Shown here one piece after another: positions 1-9,885 of a stretch of 64,000 nt of DNA. A program made the position numbers and the translations under genes. This stretch comes from Eledone cirrhosa (Eukaryota). Numbering within the stretch: the first letter of the stretch is position 1; each line of letters begins with the position of its first letter. Location of the stretch: assembly GCA_964016885.1 (NCBI GenBank), contig OZ024743.1:92690001-92754000 (forward strand), given 5' to 3'. The notes below the pieces were generated by a model. That model was not told the DNA's origin. It worked only from the letters and a program-made list of their open reading frames with translations, and did no database searches.

Positions 1-264
1 GTATCGTAGCTAGTTATTTGGCCAAGTTATATAAACAAAAAGAGAACATAAGTTTTAAAGACAGCAATATCGACAACTATGCGATACTCTCGTAGTTAAT
101 AACGTGTGCTAACTTATAAGTTAGATGAGATTTATGTAAAAGTTTATTAAGCAACCTAAATTGCTTGAAAATACTATGTTCTATGGTTGAAAGTATGAAA
201 AATGTAAAATAGAAAATTAAAGTATAAAAATTACTGTAAAAGAAAGGTGTTTAGTGAGTTGTTT

Positions 265-300
265 TATACAATAAAACTATTAAATTGAGTGTAAGATTTC
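265..300 (+). promoter_or_regulatory. AT-rich TATA-like 5' flank of 5S gene (in every unit)
   Basis: TATACAATAAAACTATTAAA at about -36 to -17 and C at -1, conserved in both classes. Function is inferred from invertebrate 5S upstream elements. Confidence 0.45.
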
Positions 301-420
301 GTTTACGGCCATATCCCGCTGAAAACACCGGTTCTCGTCCGATCACCGAAGTTAAGCAACGTCGAGCCTAGTTAGTACTTGGATGGGTGACCGCTTGGGA
401 ACCCTAGGTGCCGTAAGCGT
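301..420 (+). rRNA. 5S rRNA, class A (copy 1)
   Basis: GTTTACGGCC...GCCGTAAGC forms helix I; contains conserved CCGGTTCTCGTCCGATCACCGAAGTTAAGC and AGTACTTGGATGGGTGACCGC motifs; followed by a T-run. Confidence 0.97.
350..397 (+). promoter_or_regulatory. Pol III type-1 internal control region (box A, intermediate element, box C), present in each 5S copy
   Basis: AGTTAAGCAACGTCG (gene positions 50-64) and TGGATGGGTGACCGCTTG (80-97) sit at the canonical ICR positions. Confidence 0.85.
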
Positions 421-431
421 TTAATTTTTTT
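420..431 (+). terminator. Pol III oligo-T terminator (TTT-AA-Tn), present after each gene
   Basis: A T-run follows every gene: about 7 T in class A and 9-21 T in class B. Confidence 0.85.
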
Positions 432-448
432 AAATTAATTTCTTTTCA

Positions 449-506
449 GAGCTATTTATTTTTTAGTTCGGTGGCCGCTTAGGAAACCGAGCTGCTGTAA
501 ACATTT
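449..506 (+). pseudogene. Decayed duplicate of the 5S 3' end (in every spacer)
   Basis: 470-506 aligns ungapped to gene positions 86-122 at 29/37 identity; weaker similarity extends to about position 64. Confidence 0.8.
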
Positions 507-629
507 CCCTTTTTCTTTCTTTAGTTAGTTTGATTTGCAAGCTTTTCTCTCCAGTGTCTGTTAGTTTCAAAATAATTATGCACGCAAACTTTTTCCTTTC
601 TTTCAACTCTACCCTTCGCATACACACTA

Positions 630-796
630 CTGCAAACGTCTTATAGGCTACCGACTGCAAAAACAGAGTTTGTTGATAATTTCAGATATTTCAAACTTTT
701 ATTCCGTCCGCCTTCGGAAGTAGTGAGCCTGCTATATACGCTAGAAAATATTTATTGAACAAAGATTTGGCTGCTTTTTCTAGCATGTAAAATGAG
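630..796 (+). repeat. 167-bp spacer direct repeat, copy 1 (class A)
   Basis: CTGCAAACGTCTTA...GCATGTAAAATGAG, repeated 518 bp downstream; the same layout occurs in all 8 complete class A spacers. Confidence 0.92.
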
Positions 797-1147
797 GGTC
801 CATTTATACCACTTTCCATCCTAATCAGAAACCATCATTTTAACACCGAGATTCAAAGAAAAGCTCCCATCACAACTGCTATCACTTTCGCATTTCCCTC
901 TGAAAATATTAAGTCGAAAAGAAAGAAAGTATTGAGCCAACACTAAGTGTGTCTATCGGTCACATAACGAGTTCCGGAGCCTACCTCTAATAGCTTTTGA
1001 CACTAGAAAACACACTGGCAACCTTACTGCGGATGATAGCGAGTCTAAGAAGCTGATACAACCAAGCACACTCGCAGTCAGCGTCTGATACCTCGGTAAG
1101 GCGAGTGGCCAACTATGACAAAAAGTTCGTTGTTAGTGGACCAGCTC
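797..1147. other. 351-bp class A-specific spacer cassette of unknown origin
   Basis: Lies between the two 167-bp repeats, is near-identical in all class A units and is absent from class B. Confidence 0.85.
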
Positions 1148-1314
1148 CTGCAAACGTCTTAGAAGCTACAGGCTGGAAAAACAGAGTTTGTTGATAATTT
1201 CCGATGTTTCAAAGTTATATTCCGTCCGCCTTCGGAAGTAGTGAGCCTGCTATATACTCGAGAAAATATTTATTGAACAAAGATTTGGCTGCTTTTTCTA
1301 GCATGTAAAATGAG
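1148..1314 (+). repeat. 167-bp spacer direct repeat, copy 2 (class A)
   Basis: Same-length diverged copy of 630-796. Confidence 0.92.
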
Positions 1315-1677
1315 CACATTTCTTTAGAGCCGTTCGAATCGAAGATGATGGACATGTGTAATAATTAATTAGGAATGGGTATCGTAGCTAGTTATTTGGC
1401 CGAGTTATATAAACAAAAAGAGAACATAAGTTTTAAAGACAGCAATATCGACAACTATGCGATACTCTCGTAGTTAATAACGTGTGTTAATTTATAAGTT
1501 AGATGAGATTTATGTAAAGGTTTATTAAGCAACCTAAATTGCTTGAAAATACTATGTTCTATGGTTGAAAGTATGAAAAATGTAAAATAGAAAATTAAAG
1601 TATAAAAGTACTGTAAAAGAAAGGTGTTTAGTGAGTTGTTTTATACAATAAAACTATTAAATTGAGTGTAAGATTTC

Positions 1678-1797
1678 GTTTACGGCCATATCCCGCTGAA
1701 AACACCGGTTCTCGTCCGATCACCGAAGTTAAGCAACGTCGAGCCTAGTTAGTACTTGGATGGGTGACCGCTTGGGAACCCTAGGTGCCGTAAGCGT
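1678..1797 (+). rRNA. 5S rRNA, class A (copy 2)
   Basis: Same as copy 1. Confidence 0.96.
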
Positions 1798-3054
1798 TTA
1801 ATTTTTTTAAATTAATTTCTTTTCAGAGCTATTTATTTTTTAGTTCGGTGGCCGCTTAGGAAACCGAGCTGCTGTAAACATTTCCCTTTTTCTTTCTTTA
1901 GTTAGTTTGATTTGCAAGCTTTTCTCTCCAGTGTCTGTTAGTTTCAAAATAATTATGCACGCAAACTTTTTCCTTTCTTTCAACTCTACCCTTCGCATAC
2001 ACACTACTGCAAACGTCTTATAGGCTACCGACTGCAAAAACAGAGTTTGTTGATAATTTCAGATATTTCAAACTTTTATTCCGTCCGCCTTCGGAAGTAG
2101 TGAGCCTGCTATATACGCTAGAAAATATTTATTGAACAAAGATTTGGCTGCTTTTTCTAGCATGTAAAATGAGGGTCCATTTATACCACTTTCCATCCTA
2201 ATCAGAAACCATCATTTTAACACCGAGATTCAAAGAAAAGCTCCCATCACAACTGCTATCACTTTCGCATTTCCCTCTGAAAATATTAAGTCGAAACGAA
2301 AGAAAGTATTGAGCCAACACTAAGTGTGTCTATCGGTCACATAACGAGTTCCGGAGCCTACCTCTAATAGCTTTTGACACTAGAAAACACACTGGCAACC
2401 TTACTGCGGATGATAGCGAGTCTAAGAAGCTGATACAACCAAGCACACTCGCAGTCAGCGTCTGATACCTCGGTAAGGCGAGTGGCCAACTATGACAAAA
2501 AGTTCGTTGTTAGTGGACCAGCTCCTGCAAACGTCTTAGAAGCTACAGGCTGGAAAAACAGAGTTTGTTGATAATTTCCGATGTTTCAAAGTTATATTCC
2601 GTCCGCCTTCGGAAGTAGTGAGCCTGCTATATACTCGAGAAAATATTTATTGAACAAAGATTTGGCTGCTTTTTCTAGCATGTAAAATGAGCACATTTCT
2701 TTAGAGCCGTTCGAATCGAAGATGATGGACATGTGTAATAATTAATTAGGAATGGGTATCGTAGCTAGTTATTTGGCCGAGTTATATAAACAAAAAGAGA
2801 ACATAAGTTTTAAAGACAGCAATATCGACAACTATGCGATACTCTCGTAGTTAATAACGTGTGTTAATTTATAAGTTAGATGAGATTTATGTAAAGGTTT
2901 ATTAAGCAACCTAAATTGCTTGAAAATACTATGTTCTATGGTTGAAAGTATGAAAAATGTAAAATAGAAAATTAAAGTATAAAAGTACTGTAAAAGAAAG
3001 GTGTTTAGTGAGTTGTTTTATACAATAAAACTATTAAATTGAGTGTAAGCTTTC

Positions 3055-3174
3055 GTTTACGGCCATATCCCGCTGAAAACACCGGTTCTCGTCCGATCAC
3101 CGAAGTTAAGCAACGTCGAGCCTAGTTAGTACTTGGATGGGTGACCGCTTGGGAACCCTAGGTGCCGTAAGCGT
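3055..3174 (+). rRNA. 5S rRNA, class A (copy 3)
   Basis: Same as copy 1. Confidence 0.96.
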
Positions 3175-4433
3175 TTATTTTTTTGTTAAATTAATTTCTT
3201 TTCAGAGCTGTTTATTTTTTACTTGGGTGAGCGCTTAGGAAACCGAGATGCTGTAAACATTTCCCTTTTTCCTTCTTTAGTTAGTTTGATTTGCAAGCTT
3301 TTCTCTCCAGTGTCTGTTAGTTTCAAAATAATTATGCACGCAAACTTTTTCCTTTCTTTCAACTCTACCCTTCGCATACACACTACTGCAAACGCCTTAT
3401 AGGCTACCGACTGCAAAAACAGAGTTTGTTGATAATTTCAGATATTTCAAACTTTTATTCCGTCCGCCTTCGGAAGTAGTGAGCCTGCTATATACGCTAG
3501 AAAATATTTATTGAACAAAGATTTGGCTGCTTTTTCTAGCATGTAAAATGAGGGTCCATTTATACCACTTTCCATCCTAATCAGAAACCATCATTTTAAC
3601 ACCGAGATTCAAAGAAAAGCTCCCATCACAACTGCTATCACTTTCGCATTTCCCTCTGAAAATATTAAATCGAAACGAAAGAAAGTATTGAGACAACACT
3701 AAGTGTGTCGATCGGTCATATAACGGGTTCCGGAGCCTACCTCTAATAGCTTTTGATCCTAGAAAACACACTGGCAACCTTACTGCGGATGATAGCGAGT
3801 CTAAGAAGCTGATACAACCAAGCACACTCGCAGTCAGCGTCTGATACCTCGGTAAGGTCAGTGGCCAACTATGACAAAAAGTTCGTTGTTAGTGGACCAG
3901 CTCCTGCAAACGTCTTAGAAGCTACAGGCTGGAAAAACAGAGTTTGTTGATAATTTCCGATGTTTCAAAGTTATATTCCGTCCGACTTCGGAAGTAGTGA
4001 GCCTGCTATATACTCCAGAAAATATTTATTGAACAAAGATTTGGCTGCTTTTTCTAGCATGTAAAATGAGCACATTTCTTTAGAGCCGTTCGAATCGAAC
4101 ATGATGGACATGTGTAATAATTAATTAGGAATGGGTATCGTAGCTAGTTATTTGGCCGAGTTATATAAACAAAAAGAGAACATAAGTTTTAAAGACAGCA
4201 ATATCGACAACTATGCGATACTCTCGTAGTTAATAACGTGTGTTAATTTATAAGTTAGATGAGATTTATGTAAAGGTTTATTAAGCAACCTAAATTGCTT
4301 GAAAATACTATGTTCTATGGTTGAAAGTATGAAAAATGTAAAATAGAAAATTAAAGTATAAAAGTACTGTCAAAGAAAGGTGTTTAGTGAGTTGTTTTAT
4401 ACGATAAAACTATTAAATTGAGTGTAAGATTTC

Positions 4434-4553
4434 GTTTACGGCCATATCCCGCTGAAAACACCGGTTCTCGTCCGATCACCGAAGTTAAGCAACGTCGAGC
4501 CTAGTTAGTACTTGGATGGGTGACCGCTTGGGAACCCTAGGTGCCGTAAGCGT
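4434..4553 (+). rRNA. 5S rRNA, class A (copy 4)
   Basis: Same as copy 1. Confidence 0.96.
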
Positions 4554-5813
4554 TTATTTTTTTGTTAAATTAATTTCTTTTCAGAGCTGTTTATTTTTTA
4601 CTTGGGTGAGCGCTTAGGAAACCGAGCTGCTGTAAACATTTCCCTTTTTCTTTCTTTAGTTAGTTTGATTTGCAAGCTTTTCTCTCCCGTGTCTGTTAGT
4701 TTCAAAATAATTATGCACGCAAACTTTTTCCTTTCTTTCAACTCTACCCTTCGCATACACACTACTGCAAACGTCTTATAGGCTACCGACTGCAAAAACA
4801 GAGTTTCTTGATAATTTCAGATATTTCAAACTTATATTCCGTCCGCCTTCGGAAGTAGTGAGCCTGTTATATACGCTAGAAAATATTTATTGAACAAAGA
4901 TTTGGCTGCTTTTTCTAGCATGTAAAATGAGGGTCCATTTATACCACTTTCCATCCTAATCAGAAACCATCATTTTAACACCGAGATTCAAAGAAAAGCT
5001 CCCATCACAACTGCTATCACTTTCGCATTTCCCTCTGAAAATATTAAATCGAAACGAAAGAAAGTATTGAGCCAACACTAAGTGTGTCGATCGGTCACAT
5101 AACGGGTTCCGGAGCCTACCTCTAATAGCTTTTGACACTAGAAAACACACTGGCAACCTTACTGCGGATGATAGCGAGTCTAAGAAGCTGATACAACCAA
5201 GCACACTCGCAGTCAGCGTCTGATACCTCGGTAAGGCGAGTGGCCAACTATGACAAAAAGTTCGTTGTTAGTGGACCAGCTCCTTTAAACGTCTTAGAAG
5301 CTACAGGCTGGAAAAACAGAGTTTGTTGATAATTTCCGCTGTTTCAAAGTTATATTCCGTCCGCCTTCGGAAGTAGTGAGCCTGCTATATACTCTAGAAA
5401 ATATTTATTGAACAAAGATTTGGCTGCTTTTTCTAGCATGTAAAATGAGCACATTTCTTTAGAGCCGTTCGAATCGAACATGGTGGACATGTGTAATAAT
5501 TAATTAGGAATGGGTATCGTAGCTAGTTATTTGGCCAAGTTATATAAACAAAAAGAGAACATCAGTTTTAAAGACAGCAATATCGACAACTATGCGATAC
5601 TCTCGTAGTTAATAACGTGTGCTAACTTATAAGTTAGATGAGATTTATGTAAAAGTTTATTAAGCAACCTAAATTGCTTGAAAATACTATGTTCTATGGT
5701 TGAAAGTATGAAAAATGTAAAATAGAAAATTAAAGTATAAAAATTACTGTAAAAGAAAGGTGTTTAGTGAGTTGTTTTATACAATAAAACTATTAAATTG
5801 AGTGTAAGCTTTC

Positions 5814-5933
5814 GTTTACGGCCATATCCCGCTGAAAACACCGGTTCTCGTCCGATCACCGAAATTAAGCAACGTCGAGCCTAGTTAGTACTTGGATGGG
5901 TGACCGCTTGGGAACCCTAGGTGCCGTAAGCGT
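5814..5933 (+). rRNA. 5S rRNA, class A (copy 5)
   Basis: Full length; G51A. Confidence 0.94.
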
Positions 5934-7190
5934 TTAATTTTTTTAAATTAATTTCTTTTCAGAGCTATTTATTTTTTAGTTCGGTGGCCGCTTAGGAAAC
6001 CGAGCTGCTGTAAACATTTCCCTTTTTCTTTCTTTAGTTAGTTTGATTTGCAAGCTTTTCTCTCCAGTGTCTGTTAGTTTCAAAATAATTATGCACGCAA
6101 ACTTTTTCCTTTCTTTCAACTCTACCCTTCGCATACACACTACTGCAAACGTCTTATAGGCTACCGACTGCAAAAACAGAGTTTGTTGATAATTTCAGAT
6201 ATTTCGAACTTTTATTCCGTCCGCCTTCGGAAGTAGTGAGCCTGCTATATACGCTAGAAAATATTTATTGAACAAAGATTTGGCTGCTTTTTCTAGCATG
6301 TAAAATGAGGGTCCATTTATACCACTTTCCATCCTAATCAGAAACCATCATTTTAACACCGAGATTCAAAGAAAAGCTCCCATCACAACTGCTATCACTT
6401 TCGCATTTCCCTCTGAAAATATTAAGTCGAAACGAAAGAAAGTATTGAGCCAACACTAAGTGTGTCGATCGGTCACATAACGGGTTCCGGAGCCTACCTC
6501 TAATAGCTTTTGACACTAGAAAACACACTGGCAACCTTACTGCGGATGATAGCGAGTCTAAGAAGCTGATACAACCAAGCACACTCGCAGTCAGCGTCTG
6601 ATACCTCGGTGAGGCGAGTGGCCAACTATGACAAAAAGTTCGTTGTTAGTGGACCAGCTCCTGCAAACGTCTTAGAAGCTACAGGCTGGAAAAACAGAGT
6701 TTGTTGATAATTTCCGATGTTTCAAAGTTATATTCCGTCCGCCTTCGGAAGTAGTGAGCCTGCTATATACTCTAGAAAATATTTATTGAACAAAGATTTG
6801 GCTGCTTTTTCTAGCATGTAAAATGAGCACATTTCTTTAGAGCCGTTCGAATCGAACATGATGGACATGTGTAATAATTAATTAGGAATGGGTATCGTAG
6901 CTAGTTATTTGGCCGAGTTATATAAACAAAAAGAGAACATAAGTTTTAAAGACAGCAATATCGACAACTATGCGATACTCTCGTAGTTAATAACGTGTGT
7001 TAATTTATAAGTTAGATGAGATTTATGTAAAGGTTTATTAAGCAACCTAAATTGCTTGAAAATACTATGTTCTATGGTTGAAAGTATGAAAAATGTAAAA
7101 TAGAAAATTAAAGTATAAAAGTACTGTCAAAGAAAGGTGTTTAGTGAGTTGTTTTATACGATAAAACTATTAAATTGAGTGTAAGATTTC

Positions 7191-7310
7191 GTTTACGGCC
7201 ATATCCCGCTGAAAACACCGGTTCTCGTCCGATCACCGTAGTTAAGCAACGTCGAGCCTAGTTAGTACTTGGATGGGTGACCGCTTGGGAACCCTAGGTG
7301 CCGTAAGCGT
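7191..7310 (+). rRNA. 5S rRNA, class A (copy 6)
   Basis: Full length; A49T. Confidence 0.93.
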
Positions 7311-8150
7311 TTATTTTTTTAAAAAATTAATTTCTTTTCAGAGCTGTTTATTTTTTACTTGGGTGAGCGCTTAGGAAACCGAGCTGCTGTAAACATTTCC
7401 CTTTTTCTTTCTTTAGTTAGTTTGATTTGCAAGCTTTTCTCTCCAGTGTCTGTTAGTTTCAAAATAATTATGCACGCAAACTTTTTCCTTTCTTTCAACT
7501 CTACCCTTCGCATACACACTACTGCAAACGTCTTATAGGCTACCGACTGCAAAAACAGAGTTTGTTGATAATTTCTGATATTTCAAACTTTTATTCCGTC
7601 CGCCTTCGGAAGTAGTGAGCCTGCTATATACGCTAGAAAATATTTATTGAACAAAGATTTGGCTGCTTTTTCTAGCATGTAAAATGAGGGTCCATTTATA
7701 CCACTTTCTATCCTAATCAGAAACCATCATTTTAACACCGAGATTCAAAGAAAAGCTCTCATCACAACTGCTATCACTTTCGCATTTCCCTCTGAAAATA
7801 TTAAGTTGAAACGAAGGAAAGTATTGAGCCAACACTAAGTGTGTCTATCGGTCACATAACGGGTTCCGGAGCCTACCTCTAATAGCTTTTGACACTAGAA
7901 AACATACTGGCAACCTTACTGCGGATGATAGCGAGTCTAAGAAGCTGATACAACCAAGCACACTCGCAGTCAGCGTTTGATACCTCGGTAAGGCGAGTGG
8001 CCAACTATGACAAAAAGTTTGTTGTTAGTGGACCAGCTCCTTTAAACGTCTTAGAAGCTACAGGCTGGAAAAACAGAGTTTGTTGATAATTTCCGATGTT
8101 TCAAAGTTATATTCCGTCCGCCTTCGGAAGTAGTGAGCCTGCTATATACT

Positions 8151-8524
8151 TGTAGCGGTTGTCTCCCTTGTTTTGATTGGGATCTAGACGGGAAGTAGAA
8201 CCATTTCTGCAACTTCCGGTCAGAGCCCTATAAAACTAACAACTTTAAGCTTTCTAACTCTCATTGCCTTTTCGGCACCAGGTCAAGAGCCTCTCATTGG
8301 GCTCTGCCATTCATTTGGCCAATAGGCGCCTGGCCTTAGCCAGGCGTCCTCTGCCAGCCACCATTGCCTGGCAATCAAAACGGTAACTACTAACTTTGCT
8401 TCATTCTAACATCATCCTCATCTTTGACATGTCAACTATACTATCTACCATTGTTAATTAAATATTATACACACAAACCATGTCTCGTTTTTTTACATTC
8501 ATACAACCCAGTATCCTCACTAAA
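8151..8524 (+). repeat. 5' LTR
   Basis: TGTAGCGG...CCTCACTAAA; TATAAAA at 8229-8235 and ATTAAA at 8457-8462; 4 mismatches to the 3' LTR. Confidence 0.94.
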
Positions 8525-8525
8525 T

Positions 8526-8543
8526 TGGTGACCCCGACGTGAT
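8526..8543 (+). promoter_or_regulatory. Primer-binding site for tRNA-Trp
   Basis: TGGTGACCCCGACGTGAT is the complement of the animal tRNA-Trp 3' end (same 18-mer as the avian sarcoma/leukosis virus PBS), 1-2 nt after the 5' LTR. Confidence 0.93.
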
Positions 8544-8742
8544 ACGAATACGCAGCCGTTCATCGCTATAAGTGGTCACCCCCCAAAAAAAAGAAAAAAA
8601 TAGCACATCTGGTTTTGTGAGTAACATTACGAATACACAGCAAATTTAGCGACAAACTATGAAAATACTCAAGGACACGCACACACGCACATGTGGAATT
8701 CGCACAGACATACTTTTTCTCTCACGCATCAATTAACTGTCG

Positions 8743-8887
8743 CATTTCACCAATATATATATATGTTTCTCGTTTCTTACAACGAACACTTTCAAAACTA
8801 AAAAAAAAAAAAAAACATTTCACGATATATATATATGTTTCTCGTTTCTTACAACGAACTCTTTCAAAACACAGAAAAAAAAAAAAG
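8743..8887 (+). repeat. Tandem duplication of a ~73-bp unit inside the LTR element
   Basis: CATTTCAC..(AT)n GTTTCTCGTTTCTTACAACGAAC.CTTTCAAAAC + A-run, present twice. Confidence 0.85.
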
Positions 8888-9400
8888 AAATTTGATATTC
8901 TTTAAAAAACATTTCAGCAGGAACATTTATTTTCGATGAACCATTGCCTTTTTGTTCATCGTTTTCTTCATCGTTCAAGTTTTTTGTTTTTTTCCAAAGT
9001 TCACACCAATAATTATGCTGAGTGAAGCCTTTCTTTTTCATCATTGTCACTTTCAAAATTGCACTATCATTTTCTCGCGCGTTAGAAATATTATTTTTTT
9101 CAACCTTGTATTGGCACGTGTAGGCAGCACAAATTCTCAATTCACAGAGATGTCTCTACACACAGACATAGCCGCACGCCAGAGATAACATTTCTCGCCA
9201 AGGATTCTTCAGCCTTAAGCTATATTCTTCTATTTGCCGGTTTATAAATTTACAATGTAAATTTACCGTTGATAACCGCGAATTTATTAAGAATGCTTAT
9301 TTCTCTGGTCGCTGGCCTCTTGACCCTTCCAGGTCAACGCATTCTCAACATCGACCATCAACTTCGGCTGCTATTTCTAGCACTTTGCGCAACTCATTTT

Positions 9401-9437
<37 letters not shown>

Positions 9438-9871
9438 TTTTTTACTGTGAATTTAAACACCGAATACGCTCACTCAGCGAGACAACAGCAGCAGCAGCAA
9501 TACATCAACACTGCTTCACCAACAACCAGCAGAACGGAGGTTGGAAATTTCACGATATACCACAGAACAGAGACCACCTGCATTCATTCTCTGGAACACA
9601 CTTTCTTTCCTGCTGTCATGTGATTGCACACCTGTGAACTATATTTTGTACATTTGAACTTTGAGCTCTTCTATTACTTTTACTTTATTACATTGTATCT
9701 TTGGGTGATGGATAGATGGATGTCCAGTCGTTCTCTGGCCAAGAGCGGTTGGCTACCTTGATATCTATCATTGATTTTTGCAAACATTCTTTAGTCGTAA
9801 TTTTCATGCCTGTTACAACATTCTCGCCAACTTGCTACATATTTTCATTTCGATTTTTATACACTAAAATT

Positions 9872-9885
9872 CTGGCGGGAGGTTA
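9872..9885 (+). promoter_or_regulatory. Polypurine-tract-like plus-strand primer site
   Basis: CTGGCGGGAGGTTA lies directly before the 3' LTR. Confidence 0.75.

Noticed and set aside
560-710. Spliced-leader RNA gene on the minus strand (5S-SL linkage is known in nematodes and cnidarians)
   Set aside because: An ATTTTGA Sm-like word exists, but there is no convincing AG/GT donor within a stem-loop, and such words are expected in AT-rich DNA.
1080-1110. Hammerhead ribozyme core in the cassette
   Set aside because: CTGATA...CGAG lacks the required CUGANGA and GAAA core.
630-1314. Repeat-cassette-repeat as a TRIM retroelement
   Set aside because: No convincing PBS, PPT or TSD, and the repeat boundaries do not give clean TG..CA ends.
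1379-1388. GTATCGTAGC match to U4 snRNA
   Set aside because: Only 10 nt match; the flanks do not follow U4, and I saw no U1, U2, U5 or U6 signature in the spacer.
3577-3825. 82-aa minus-strand ORF in the class A cassette
   Set aside because: GTG start, interrupted by a stop in half of the class A units (GTCTATCGG allele), and no recognisable domain.
8151-8524. Cassandra-like element carrying 5S sequence in its LTRs
   Set aside because: The LTRs contain no box A/box C similarity; the GGTGACC shared with 5S is part of the tRNA-Trp PBS.
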